DNA of 64,000 nt from an uncultured virus (IMG/VR IMGVR_UViG_2886339191_000001) (taxonomy: Duplodnaviria; Heunggongvirae; Uroviricota; Caudoviricetes), in the IMG/VR virus record IMGVR_UViG_2886339191_000001; one strand, written 5' to 3'. Positions 45,404 through 54,975 of the stretch are shown piece after piece (position 1 is the stretch's first letter; each line of letters starts with the position of its first letter). A program made the position numbers and the translations under genes. The notes below the pieces were generated by a model. That model worked only from the letters and a program-made list of their open reading frames with translations, was not told the origin of the DNA and made no database searches.

Positions 45404-46435
45404 CTAGAAACGCCCATCGTTGAGTGCGCTCTGCAGCGCCCTGATGGACTGCGGGCCGATGATCTTGTCGATCTTGCCGCCGTAGTAACCAAGTGCCTTT
45501 AGGGTGAGCTGCAATCGCTCGCGCGTGTTTGGGCCATCTATGCCATCGGGGAACGCACCGGTTCGCTTCTGTTCGGCGCGGATCGTGTTTGGCCCCCGCA
45601 CTCCGTCTGGATCTACGTCAAGGGCGCGTTGCTCAGCCTTGGTGGTGAGCAAGCCCATCTTGCCGTCGACAACAAGTTTGTTCGACTGCGCCAAAGGTGT
45701 CGCGTCACCTGTGAGCTGCGCAAGCCTGCCGACGACCTGGGGGCCGGCCGTGCCAACGTCAACGGAGAGGCCCTGGTCTTGCTCGAACTTGCGCACGGCG
45801 GCCGTGGTGAGCTGCCCGTAGTCGCCATCTGCGCCCGTTGCGCCGAGGTTGTAGCCCAGCTTGATGAGCGCGGTTTGGATCTGCGAAGTAGACCAGGACG
45901 AAGCGTTCCAGCCTTGCGCGACCGAAGTGCCGCCATTCACGCCCGCCATGGCCAGAACGCTGGCTCCGAGGATCTGGTTAGCACGGTGGACGATTGTTCC
46001 GTAGTCTGTGGTACCCGGGCACATGGTCGCCACCCAGTGATTGTGAGGGAAGACGTTGACCATCCACTGCAGGGATGACCAACCACGCCTGCGGGCGATG
46101 TCAGCGCAGAGCTGCGCAGAGTTTTCAAGGACAGCGGCACTTGGGGCTACGCGGTTACCGTTGCCATCGAGCCAGCCACCTTCATGTTCAATCGAGATAG
46201 TGTGCTGATTGGCGTAGGTATTGCCGTCCGAGAAGGGGTAGTCCTTTTCCTGCACGTACTGGTGGATGGCAGATGGCCCTACGCCGTAGGTTGCGGAGGC
46301 TTTCCTGCTCGAGCTGCTGAAAGTAGTGTCTGTGGTCCTGAGCGTGCCAACCATCCAGTGCAGGGTGATGAATCGCTTCTCGATGCCATTCTGGGGATAG
46401 AAGTTCGGGGAACCAATCCAGGCGACATCGACCAT
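45404..46435 (-). CDS. Endolysin: N-acetylmuramoyl-L-alanine amidase with peptidoglycan-binding repeats
   Basis: 'ITLHW', 'ISIEHEG', 'PH...ATMCPG'; repeated 'DGxxGxxT' motifs. Confidence 0.92.
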   Translation of the reverse strand: MVDVAWIGSPNFYPQNGIEKRFITLHWMVGTLRTTDTTFSSSSRKASATYGVGPSAIHQYVQEKDYPFSDGNTYANQHTISIEHEGGWLDGNGNRVAPSAAVLENSAQLCADIARRRGWSSLQWMVNVFPHNHWVATMCPGTTDYGTIVHRANQILGASVLAMAGVNGGTSVAQGWNASSWSTSQIQTALIKLGYNLGATGADGDYGQLTTAAVRKFEQDQGLSVDVGTAGPQVVGRLAQLTGDATPLAQSNKLVVDGKMGLLTTKAEQRALDVDPDGVRGPNTIRAEQKRTGAFPDGIDGPNTRERLQLTLKALGYYGGKIDKIIGPQSIRALQSALNDGRF

Positions 46436-46545
46436 TACTCGTCCACTCCAAGTTCGCTCGCCAGTGGGTCGCCCATTTTGAGGGGCTCCGCATCAAGGTG
46501 CTCAAGCTGCTGTGCGAGGATCTGGCCTTCTGTGAGGTCTGACAT
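46435..46545 (-). CDS. 36-aa acidic peptide coupled to the endolysin (not in ORF track)
   Basis: GGGAG RBS; MSDLTEGQILAQQLEHLDAEPLKMGDPLASELGVDE*; TAATG overlap. Confidence 0.5.
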   Translation of the reverse strand: MSDLTEGQILAQQLEHLDAEPLKMGDPLASELGVDE

Positions 46546-46600
46546 TTTTCTCCCTGGTCTATACATTCACCATACAACAAACGCCCAGGAATCGTCCAGA

Positions 46601-47266
46601 TTACGCAAAGGCGGTCCAAGTGTAGGTAACACCAGCAGCAAGCGCGCCACCCGACCAATTGGCAATCCAGAGATTGAAGCCATCCTTGGTGCGGGAATTG
46701 GCTGCAAGCGTGGGGCGTGAGTTATCAGCCGTAGCTATGACATTTGAGGGCACTTGAGTAAAGGTGCTCGATACGTAGGTAATTGGTATTGCCAGGGTTT
46801 GACCCGGAGCAATGGAACTGGCAGTAACACCAGAGCCGCTTGCCATTTTGACTGAGGTAATTGCGGCATAGGCGCCTGCAGTGGAGGTAAATACGACCAT
46901 GGAAGAGGTCACCGCATTCCAGCACGTCGCGCCGGCCAGGGTCTTGATCTTCGTGTAAGTGCTGAGCGCGGTGATGAAAGTAGTCACGTTGATTGCTGTG
47001 CAGGTCCCGATGAGGCGCCATTTGCCATCGGGGTGCATGGTGAATTGCGCGCCGGCGCTCAGCCCAGAGTCATCAGCGATGAGCACTGCGAGCGTGCCGG
47101 CCGGCAACGAATCAGCGTTCAGGCTGATCGCGTTCAAGGCGGCCAATGTTGGAACGAACTTCACCGGAAGGGCTTGATTGATCGAACCCGCAAACGTGGC
47201 AAACAAGTCGGTGAGCCGACCGATTGGCCCCGAGGAGGGGTATGTGATGATTCCTACTTTGGCCAT
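46601..47266 (-). CDS. Minor tail protein
   Basis: Thr/Ser/Ala-rich with a lectin-like C-terminal beta domain; end of the tail module. Confidence 0.65.
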   Translation of the reverse strand: MAKVGIITYPSSGPIGRLTDLFATFAGSINQALPVKFVPTLAALNAISLNADSLPAGTLAVLIADDSGLSAGAQFTMHPDGKWRLIGTCTAINVTTFITALSTYTKIKTLAGATCWNAVTSSMVVFTSTAGAYAAITSVKMASGSGVTASSIAPGQTLAIPITYVSSTFTQVPSNVIATADNSRPTLAANSRTKDGFNLWIANWSGGALAAGVTYTWTAFA

Positions 47267-47289
47267 TAGCTGGCTCCTTACGTTGTTAG

Positions 47290-47520
47290 TTAGCTAGGTT
47301 CGGGTGGTGCGGCGCCGGCTACGGCGGAAGCTTCATCCTGTGTGAGCCCTAGATCGACAAGCTTTGCGAGGGCTGATGTCAGCAGAACATCGGGCGTGAT
47401 CATCACGCTGAGAACGCAGGCTTCCCCTGCCCGTGAAGCTGCAAGGTCAGAAGCCTCTTCAATAGACATTGCTTCCAAAGTGAAGCTCTCAACTTCTGTA
47501 GTGACATTCCAAACAAGCAT
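47290..47520 (-). CDS. Small tail-associated protein
   Basis: 'KLVDLGLTQDEA'; AGGAG RBS. Confidence 0.55.
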   Translation of the reverse strand: MLVWNVTTEVESFTLEAMSIEEASDLAASRAGEACVLSVMITPDVLLTSALAKLVDLGLTQDEASAVAGAAPPEPS

Positions 47521-47528
47521 TTGTTCTC

Positions 47529-50441
47529 CTATAAAATTTCAGCATCTAGAGCAAATACACCATTGCCGCCAATATTTGCGGCAAGAAGAGCTGGCCGATA
47601 TGCAGTAGCAGTACCCGCGTGCAGAATGCTTAGATAGCAGCTTTGGAGACCCATTCGAGAGTAGCCCGTACCACCAGTGACGGTTAGATCGTAAGTGCTT
47701 CGGTCAGTAATGATGAGGTTGACCAGTTTTACAATCACAGGCGTAGTACGCATCGTGACTGGATAAGTTACCGAGATGAGACTGGTGCCAGCACTTTGAG
47801 ACAGACCTACTCCCAGAGAAACATAGGCTTGAAGATTTGCTTGCCAGTAATACCGCAGGCAAGCACAAAGCTCTTGGCCAATCTCGGGTAACTCAAATGG
47901 AGTTGCAGTGATGCCAGCTTCAAGTTTTACGTTACCAACAGTCCCACTTGTAAACTCAACACATACGTCTCCACTTCCGTTCAGAGCCACAGTGACAGGG
48001 CTAGATGAGAACACTGGAGCAGTGGCTCCAACGACGTAAACACGACCCTTGCCCGTCCCAGACCATGAGGCAGTATATGTACCTGCTGGCATGTTTGCTC
48101 TTTCAATCTTTTGACAGATTTGGAGATTTGTCGGAAGCGTAACCAATTGCCCCTGAGGAGAAGAGGTGTAAGTGGCCGGAGACCCCCAATAGCTGTAGCT
48201 AGCATGTGTCGCTCCTGCCCAAGAAACCCCTGAGGTTACCGACGGGTCAACGTAGGTCGTTTCGGCAGGAGCTCCGGCTGGAGAAGTGTTCTTTTCTACT
48301 ACTCGAATAGCGTCCCAACGAATTTGCCCAGCCGTGTTTCCAAGGTAGAGGCGAACAAAAGCTTGAGTTGCAGTCAATGGCACAGTCACTTCAACCGACA
48401 CTCGTGTAGGAGTATTTATAGTGTTTGGAACCTGCGGGCTGTGGTACATCTGATACCCTCCCGCAGGTGTGTTTGTATGAACAACGATGGCTCGCTCCCG
48501 AGGGAGCAATACGCCTGTATTTGCGTCAATTTCTCCTGTATGGCTAGTTCCTGTCATCGCACTTTTGACATTGCCTGTTGCGCTAATAACGTAGGTGCGC
48601 CCTGGGGTCATTCCGTGCCGAAATGTCCCCCCATTGTTGCCAACGAAACCAAAGTCAACATAAGAATCAGTCCCAGTTGGGCTATAGAGGTTGACAGACT
48701 TGGTCCCGTATGCGGCCCAAGTGGTATCACCAACATCGAGCGTGCAATTCGTTCCGCCATAATCAAGTCCTGGCGTAGCTCCCTCGTTACTCGGGTTCAT
48801 AACTTGATTGGCATACTTAGAAGTCACTTGCCACCTGTCAAAGCCGAAGCCTTCTGGAAGAATTACCGCATTGCTAGTAGTGCCGCGTTGGTTAGTGCGA
48901 AATGCACCATTGATGATCTTGTTCTGAGCTGGTACGCGCGCGGCCAACGAGCGCGGGGTCACAAGTTTTGTCGTCGAAGTTCCAGCCATGGCATCTGCAT
49001 CGGAGGCGAAACTGCCAACGTCAAGAATGGCTTGACCGTTGTTCTGGTAGGCCTGTCCTGCGACGTCGAGCATGCCGTTTTCACGGTATTTGCCGACACC
49101 CATTCCAATTGCGCCATCCCAGTGCATGAAGATGGTTGACGTTGCGACTGTGCGGGTTATGGAGCTTGTAGAAAATACATCAATGACCTCAATCAGCACC
49201 TCCCAGGATTTGGCTACCCCGTAGGTGCCGATCAGCCGAGAACCCGCAAAGGTGATGCCGCCAGGGGTGACTGTGGCGATGTTGGTGTAGACGCTTGCCC
49301 CACGAGCCCTTGTCGAGATTCGGTAAGTGAGCGAGTTTTTTTGGGTGCCATTTACAAGCGACTGAACAGCAGTATTCAGCGTGATCTTGATGTACGTGCC
49401 ATCGTCTCGGATGGTTCCATCCACGTAAGCACGCTGCAGTGTCAAGGTTGTGGCATCGATCGTTGGCGCGATGTAGGGCAGCACGGCGATAGAGCTTGTA
49501 GTGGAAGCAGACTGGCCCCGAGAGTCCGTGACGGAAGCGGCCATGGATAACGTGCCGGAGCCGCTCAGCGCGGCCGTAGTGCCCGATATCGAATTGATTG
49601 TTTGTCCATCGACGGTGATCTTGTACGAAACAATCGTCGAGCCGTAAATTCCTGCAGATCCGACAATGCCGAGATTCAATTTGGAGAGCTGCTGCACATA
49701 AGCCCCAACAACAGAGTTGACGGCAGCAACGTTTTCTGATCGGCTGATCGAGCTGATGCTAGGCACAACACTGGATGGGACGTTGAGGGTAAACCCAACT
49801 GCAGTTGTTCCGATTAAGGAGCCCCCCGAGTACGTGTTGGTTGTCAGCGCACCAGCGCCACTCATTGCATTGGGAATCTCGTTTAGCAATCCCAGGGGGG
49901 GCGTCCACGATGTCGAACTGCCAACGCCACTGGCGATAGTGCCGGATTGCGAACCGAACGAATAGGTCACCGTATGAGTGAAAGAGGACGACGCAGGATT
50001 TGTGTAAATCGTCACGGGCGAGTTGGCAACCATTGGGCTGGGCGAAAAGGTCGAATTAGACGCGCGCGCGATTGTTGGAAGACCTTCTGAGCTGCTGCAG
50101 CTTGCGCTCCCGATTGTGCCGGGACTACTCGAGCTTGCCGAAAAGCTGTAGCTGCGTGTGCCGTCTGAGTTGTGACCGATATTGAATTGACCAGAGCCGA
50201 GCGACTTGGACTGGCCAGCGGACAGATCGTAGGAGTAGGAGCCGGAAGCGGTTTGCCCTTCGATATTGACGGACCAAGAAGAGTCGACATCGTAACGATA
50301 AGAGCGTGATCCGCTGTTGTAAAGCGTCAGCGACCAGTTGACTGTCGAGTAGTTGCCCGCGATGTTCTGGCTCGCTAAGGAGGTGCTGAGTTGGAGCTGA
50401 AAATTTGAGCGTCCCGAAAAATTGCCTGCTGCGTAACCCAT
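47529..50441 (-). CDS. Tail fibre / receptor-binding minor tail protein
   Basis: 970 aa; N-terminal DUF859-like region ('SQNIAGNYSTV', 'LPTIARAS'); 'NKIINGAF' and 'KLEAGITATPFE...CLRYY' fibre motifs. Confidence 0.8.
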   Translation of the reverse strand: MGYAAGNFSGRSNFQLQLSTSLASQNIAGNYSTVNWSLTLYNSGSRSYRYDVDSSWSVNIEGQTASGSYSYDLSAGQSKSLGSGQFNIGHNSDGTRSYSFSASSSSPGTIGSASCSSSEGLPTIARASNSTFSPSPMVANSPVTIYTNPASSSFTHTVTYSFGSQSGTIASGVGSSTSWTPPLGLLNEIPNAMSGAGALTTNTYSGGSLIGTTAVGFTLNVPSSVVPSISSISRSENVAAVNSVVGAYVQQLSKLNLGIVGSAGIYGSTIVSYKITVDGQTINSISGTTAALSGSGTLSMAASVTDSRGQSASTTSSIAVLPYIAPTIDATTLTLQRAYVDGTIRDDGTYIKITLNTAVQSLVNGTQKNSLTYRISTRARGASVYTNIATVTPGGITFAGSRLIGTYGVAKSWEVLIEVIDVFSTSSITRTVATSTIFMHWDGAIGMGVGKYRENGMLDVAGQAYQNNGQAILDVGSFASDADAMAGTSTTKLVTPRSLAARVPAQNKIINGAFRTNQRGTTSNAVILPEGFGFDRWQVTSKYANQVMNPSNEGATPGLDYGGTNCTLDVGDTTWAAYGTKSVNLYSPTGTDSYVDFGFVGNNGGTFRHGMTPGRTYVISATGNVKSAMTGTSHTGEIDANTGVLLPRERAIVVHTNTPAGGYQMYHSPQVPNTINTPTRVSVEVTVPLTATQAFVRLYLGNTAGQIRWDAIRVVEKNTSPAGAPAETTYVDPSVTSGVSWAGATHASYSYWGSPATYTSSPQGQLVTLPTNLQICQKIERANMPAGTYTASWSGTGKGRVYVVGATAPVFSSSPVTVALNGSGDVCVEFTSGTVGNVKLEAGITATPFELPEIGQELCACLRYYWQANLQAYVSLGVGLSQSAGTSLISVTYPVTMRTTPVIVKLVNLIITDRSTYDLTVTGGTGYSRMGLQSCYLSILHAGTATAYRPALLAANIGGNGVFALDAEIL

Positions 50442-50443
50442 GT

Positions 50444-52006
50444 TTATAGGCTCCTAACGACTGTGCCACTGCCAAGTTTTTCGAGTTTGTGGTTTCCCAA
50501 AACGACCTCAGTGCCAACAAAAGAGTTCACGAATAGCTGACCGGAGTTCCAGTAGGAGACCACAGCCCCGCTTTCGATCATCTCAATACGATCGGGCTTA
50601 AGTGCGAGTTGGAATGGTGAGCCTGGGTTGCTGATAATTGCGCCAGTCGGGCCGAAGGAGTAAAAGGTCTGCATGGCCGCGAGATTGCTTGATGTGCTGC
50701 TTAGCCCGTTAGCCACCTCGGCGACTTGGCCGGCAAGAATTGTCACCGTGCCGTTGGCAGAAAGGTTTAGGTCCCGGCCCACTGTGGGAGACAATTCGTT
50801 TACGGTCAGGGATCCAGCCACTATGGAGGTCGCGCCAATTGTTCCTGCGGTTATGAGGCCACCGTTCAGCGTGCCTACGGTTGCGCTGCCGAGGTCAATT
50901 GAAGAGATTGTCTCGTGGGATATGGTCTGCACAAGCCATGCGCCACCAATCCACTGCCACTGGGCAATAATGTTGTTCGCAGTATTGTGCCTGAACCAAA
51001 GATCACCCTCGACGACTCCATTGACCGTCGGAGTAGTGTCGGCCCAAGTGAGGTTATTGCCCGTGGTACTGACCACCGTGAGCAGTGCTGGAGTCAAGTC
51101 TCCTGCACTGACGCCGACGATAGTGGTAGTCGAGCTTGGGGACGGCAAAGTGGCCGCGCCGAGGCTGTCAATGGCAATAAGGCGGACGTCGTAGGAGGCA
51201 CCAACAATCAACCCAGCGATCTGGATGCTGCCACCACCTCGAACTAGCGCCGAGCCCATGCGGATCCAGGCTGCAGCGCCACTAACCGAGACCTCCGCGT
51301 AAGTGTAACGAAACTGAGAAGAGGGCAATGCTGACCCAAACAGGCCATTCCAGGCGGCCACCAGCATGCCAGCGCCAGAGCTGAGAGATGGTGAGTTCGG
51401 TGTAGCCATAACTGTGAGGGTCGCTGGGGTGGTTGCAAGAACGTAGTCGCTGAGCACGCTGGAAACGCCCCACGCAGATATTGCAACCACGCGGATTTGA
51501 TACTGAACACCAACTTGCAGAGCATCAACCTGAACATTTGTGCTTGGGCTGGTCCCAAGCATCAAGTAGCCCGGGCCGTAACCGATCGTTGTGGTGTCGC
51601 CGTTAGCGATGCTGCCATCGGCATAGAAGACACGGCCCCAGACTTGGTAAATCGTAGGGATGAGTGGGTTTCCGTCGACGTCCAGGTCGCTCGGGACGAT
51701 AGACACATTCAGTCGCCCGTATGGTGCTCCGCTTGTATCGAAGTAAGTCGAGGGGGCGACCGTCAAAGCGGTCGCGGCAAGAGTCGCGGGAATCCGCTGC
51801 ATTTCGTATTGAGCGGCGATCTGGGCCTGCACGGAGTTGGCTGAGGCAGTGATGGCATTGCCGGCCATCACGATGGCTGTCTCGCTGTTGTTGGCGAGAA
51901 TCTGTCGGCGAGTTTCGTCGTCGCGCAAGAACTTATCGATGCGCCGAGCCCATGGCTGTGCCGCTACGGGAAGCCCATTATCAGTAAGCACATCGCTCAT
52001 GCTCAC
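50444..52006 (-). CDS. Minor tail protein with fibronectin type III-like repeats
   Basis: 'YQIRVVAI' and 'YDVRLIAID' motifs; start may be 52000. Confidence 0.75.
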   Translation of the reverse strand: MSMSDVLTDNGLPVAAQPWARRIDKFLRDDETRRQILANNSETAIVMAGNAITASANSVQAQIAAQYEMQRIPATLAATALTVAPSTYFDTSGAPYGRLNVSIVPSDLDVDGNPLIPTIYQVWGRVFYADGSIANGDTTTIGYGPGYLMLGTSPSTNVQVDALQVGVQYQIRVVAISAWGVSSVLSDYVLATTPATLTVMATPNSPSLSSGAGMLVAAWNGLFGSALPSSQFRYTYAEVSVSGAAAWIRMGSALVRGGGSIQIAGLIVGASYDVRLIAIDSLGAATLPSPSSTTTIVGVSAGDLTPALLTVVSTTGNNLTWADTTPTVNGVVEGDLWFRHNTANNIIAQWQWIGGAWLVQTISHETISSIDLGSATVGTLNGGLITAGTIGATSIVAGSLTVNELSPTVGRDLNLSANGTVTILAGQVAEVANGLSSTSSNLAAMQTFYSFGPTGAIISNPGSPFQLALKPDRIEMIESGAVVSYWNSGQLFVNSFVGTEVVLGNHKLEKLGSGTVVRSL

Positions 52007-52030
52007 TATTCTTGCAGCTTATTGTCAGAA

Positions 52031-54118
52031 TCAGGTCTGACGCAATGGCGCACCAGCAAATTGCAAGTCAGTTCGAGTGGCCCACACCGCATCGAAGTCA
52101 TCAAATGTGCGCAACGCCCACACCGCATCGAAGTCGTCCATGGTCGTGTCAGCAACTGCGGTGAAGCTCGTACCGCTTTCACCGGTTGGGGCGGTGATGA
52201 CTCGGTAGACCGAGTCGCCCGAGCGAAAACGGGACCCAGCGATATCGCCAGGCATCAGGCCAGGATTGTCTGTAGTCCCGCTGATATTGACAACGGGGCG
52301 AGAGAACATCGGCACGGTCTCACTGGCAACTCGATCGGCCATGTCGCGGGTCTGGACATAAGCGGTGTCGATGGTCACCCCGACCTCCCCCGAGGCCTCT
52401 GTGGAGCTGAGCCCTGTGAGATAGGTGAATTTCTCTTTGCGGTTGATGATGCCCGTGCCGCGCACGCGCAGCGTGGAGTAGTAGGTGCTGTCGCCGGAGC
52501 CCATGGAAATTGCAAAGGGTGCCAGTGTGGGCTCATTTGTTCCAGAGGTGATGGTGATGATGATGGTGTCGAAGTTGTCACCCACCTTGACCGTCACTGA
52601 TCCGCCAAGCTGAGTCCAGACCGCCGGATCCAGGGTTTGGATCGATCCTGCTCCACCGTCCACGCTGCCTTGTCCCATGACCGTGTAGACGGAGCCGGCC
52701 GCGCCGTCGGAGGGGGCAACCTCCTTGACACACACTGGCTGCTCTACCGAGACCAGGGAGCCAAGGACGGGGACCTCGATCGTCGTGACCGAGCCGGAGT
52801 CGACTGAGAGGATCGCAGCGTCCATGGTCCAGCCGGCATCCGAGGAAGTGCCTGTCGCGTCGTCGTAGCTGGCGGGTGGGTAAACAAGCGCATTTACAAG
52901 GTAGCGAGAGTTGTAGTTGAAGACCTCCACGGACTGTGCAAGCTGCGAGGCGTCTGCAGAAGTTCCAATCTGTGTTACGTCGCTGCCATTGAATGAGCGA
53001 GTTCGTGGGAGTCGAATGTAAACGGCATCTCCCAGGTCGCTCAACTCAACTCCTTGGGCTGCGCAGAACTCCTTCACGCGGGTCAAAACGTTGTCCTTGA
53101 ACCCGGGTACGGCAACGGGCCGCTCGGCAATGCCAATATCAACGTTCAACGGGCGAGTGACTCCGACGCTCGCAAGGAGAGTGGCAATGTAGCCGTCTAG
53201 TGACCCAACGAACGGGGCGACACGACGGACAACGTTCAGTCGCGCTATGACCGACATGCTGGTGATTGAAACGGTGTTGCCGTCACTGGTCGGGGAAGAG
53301 ATTCCGCCTTGGATAATCGCCCGCCCCGAGTCGAGTACGGTCAGCTCTCCGCCGCCGAGCAACATGGAGTCATCGAACTCGCGGATGCCAAGCTGCACCG
53401 TGGTCGCGCCACCCGTGGTGTCTGCTGGTGAGAGTGGGCTGGCATTTTCAGAAATCGTGTACGTGGTCAAATTCTCTACCGCGTAGTACGGGCCGGGCGC
53501 GTTGCTGAGATTGCGTGTGGTGCGGATCGAGCGCGAGCCGTTCGTTGCCCCCTCCCAGTAGTAGAAGTCTGTCGATCCCAGCGCGACTTTGCTGTCACCG
53601 ACAAATGGCATCTGCCCATTGGGCATGATCGAGCCAAGCTTCACATCGATCAGTGTGCCCGCTGTGCCATTTCCAAGTCGCAGGACTAGCGTCCAGTTGG
53701 TGGCAGCATCGATTGTGATGGTGGCAAGGGTCGCGGTCCAGGCGGTAGTCGTAGAGAAAATGGCTCCGGTGATGTTGTCTGCCGTCACCTGACTCTGGCC
53801 ACGCCGAAGCCCCAGAGTGCAGCTTGTCTCGATCGCGCTCGTGCGGATCCAGATGCGCACATCAAATGTGCCAGCCGGGATCGCCAGGGAAGAATCGTTG
53901 ATTGTAACGACCGCGGCTCCCGCACTCGCGCGCGTAAAGCGCAAGAACTGCTCTGTCTCGTCGGTGCGGAGTATCGGCGCCCCCAGGGTTGCGCTCGTAG
54001 AGCTCCAGAGCCGACGCTGGAGGGTCGCATGAGGAGTAGCAAGATAGTTGAGAGACAGCGGCAGGCCGATCGCATAGCGCGGCAGTGGAGGCTGCTGAAT
54101 GCCGATATTTACAGCCAC
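52031..54118 (-). CDS. Minor tail protein (tail tip/hub)
   Basis: 695 aa; synteny downstream of the tape measure gene. Confidence 0.7.
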   Translation of the reverse strand: MAVNIGIQQPPLPRYAIGLPLSLNYLATPHATLQRRLWSSTSATLGAPILRTDETEQFLRFTRASAGAAVVTINDSSLAIPAGTFDVRIWIRTSAIETSCTLGLRRGQSQVTADNITGAIFSTTTAWTATLATITIDAATNWTLVLRLGNGTAGTLIDVKLGSIMPNGQMPFVGDSKVALGSTDFYYWEGATNGSRSIRTTRNLSNAPGPYYAVENLTTYTISENASPLSPADTTGGATTVQLGIREFDDSMLLGGGELTVLDSGRAIIQGGISSPTSDGNTVSITSMSVIARLNVVRRVAPFVGSLDGYIATLLASVGVTRPLNVDIGIAERPVAVPGFKDNVLTRVKEFCAAQGVELSDLGDAVYIRLPRTRSFNGSDVTQIGTSADASQLAQSVEVFNYNSRYLVNALVYPPASYDDATGTSSDAGWTMDAAILSVDSGSVTTIEVPVLGSLVSVEQPVCVKEVAPSDGAAGSVYTVMGQGSVDGGAGSIQTLDPAVWTQLGGSVTVKVGDNFDTIIITITSGTNEPTLAPFAISMGSGDSTYYSTLRVRGTGIINRKEKFTYLTGLSSTEASGEVGVTIDTAYVQTRDMADRVASETVPMFSRPVVNISGTTDNPGLMPGDIAGSRFRSGDSVYRVITAPTGESGTSFTAVADTTMDDFDAVWALRTFDDFDAVWATRTDLQFAGAPLRQT

Positions 54119-54975
54119 GAGCCGACCTCCACAAGCTTTGCCGCAGCCGATACTTCAGCACGGACGTTGACCGTTGATAGTGCGGTAACGGTGGGTTCAT
54201 CGGCGAAGGCGCAACCAGAGTTACCGCGGCCCGAGATGTACCCACCTCCATCGGGCATGTCATTGCTGGGAAGGACCTGGAGGATCAGAGCGGTCAGAAG
54301 AATGCTGTCGCCAACCGCACCAGCGAGCTGTATGTCAACACCGCTGACCCCAACGAATGTGTCTACCACTCGTTGGCCGGCGAGCCCGAGCGGTGTTAGT
54401 TTGCGCGCTGCGCCACCGACAGGTGTTACTTGCACGCCTGCTGTGCCGGTGGCGGAACCGTGAAAGCCAGCCCATAGCTTGAATCCTGGCGGGATCGGCA
54501 CGTAGATCGAGCGAGGGGTGGTTGCTGCCGTGAAGGTGTAGACAGCGGAAAAAGTCGGATAACCCTGAGTGTTCGTCGGGGTTGCGACGGCGGACGGCCG
54601 AGCATCAACAAACATAGAGGGAGCATCCGAAGCCGCCAGGGCCGCATGCCCGAGGTTCACCGGAGCAAGGTTGAGTTCCATCTCCATCGGGTCGAGGAAG
54701 TAGATGAGGTTAGAAGCCACCATGAATTTGGCCAAGGGGTCGTTGTCGTAAACGTGCCCTGCGTAATCGAGAATCGGGCGCATCTCGAGGCGGCCAGCGA
54801 CAGGCCAGCTCATCTCGTACTCGGCATGCGTAGTGCGGGATCCAAGGATCGCCGCCCCTCCGTTGACGAAGTTGAGCTGAGTGGTGAACTTCTTGCGCGA
54901 GAAATTTGCTGAGGTAGCGGGGGCCTTCACCCATTGCTCGTGCCCACGGGTGCCAAACCACATTTGCTGTGCCAT
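54109..54975 (-). CDS. Minor (distal) tail protein
   Basis: Directly after the tape measure gene; 288 aa. Confidence 0.7.
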   Translation of the reverse strand: MAQQMWFGTRGHEQWVKAPATSANFSRKKFTTQLNFVNGGAAILGSRTTHAEYEMSWPVAGRLEMRPILDYAGHVYDNDPLAKFMVASNLIYFLDPMEMELNLAPVNLGHAALAASDAPSMFVDARPSAVATPTNTQGYPTFSAVYTFTAATTPRSIYVPIPPGFKLWAGFHGSATGTAGVQVTPVGGAARKLTPLGLAGQRVVDTFVGVSGVDIQLAGAVGDSILLTALILQVLPSNDMPDGGGYISGRGNSGCAFADEPTVTALSTVNVRAEVSAAAKLVEVGSWL

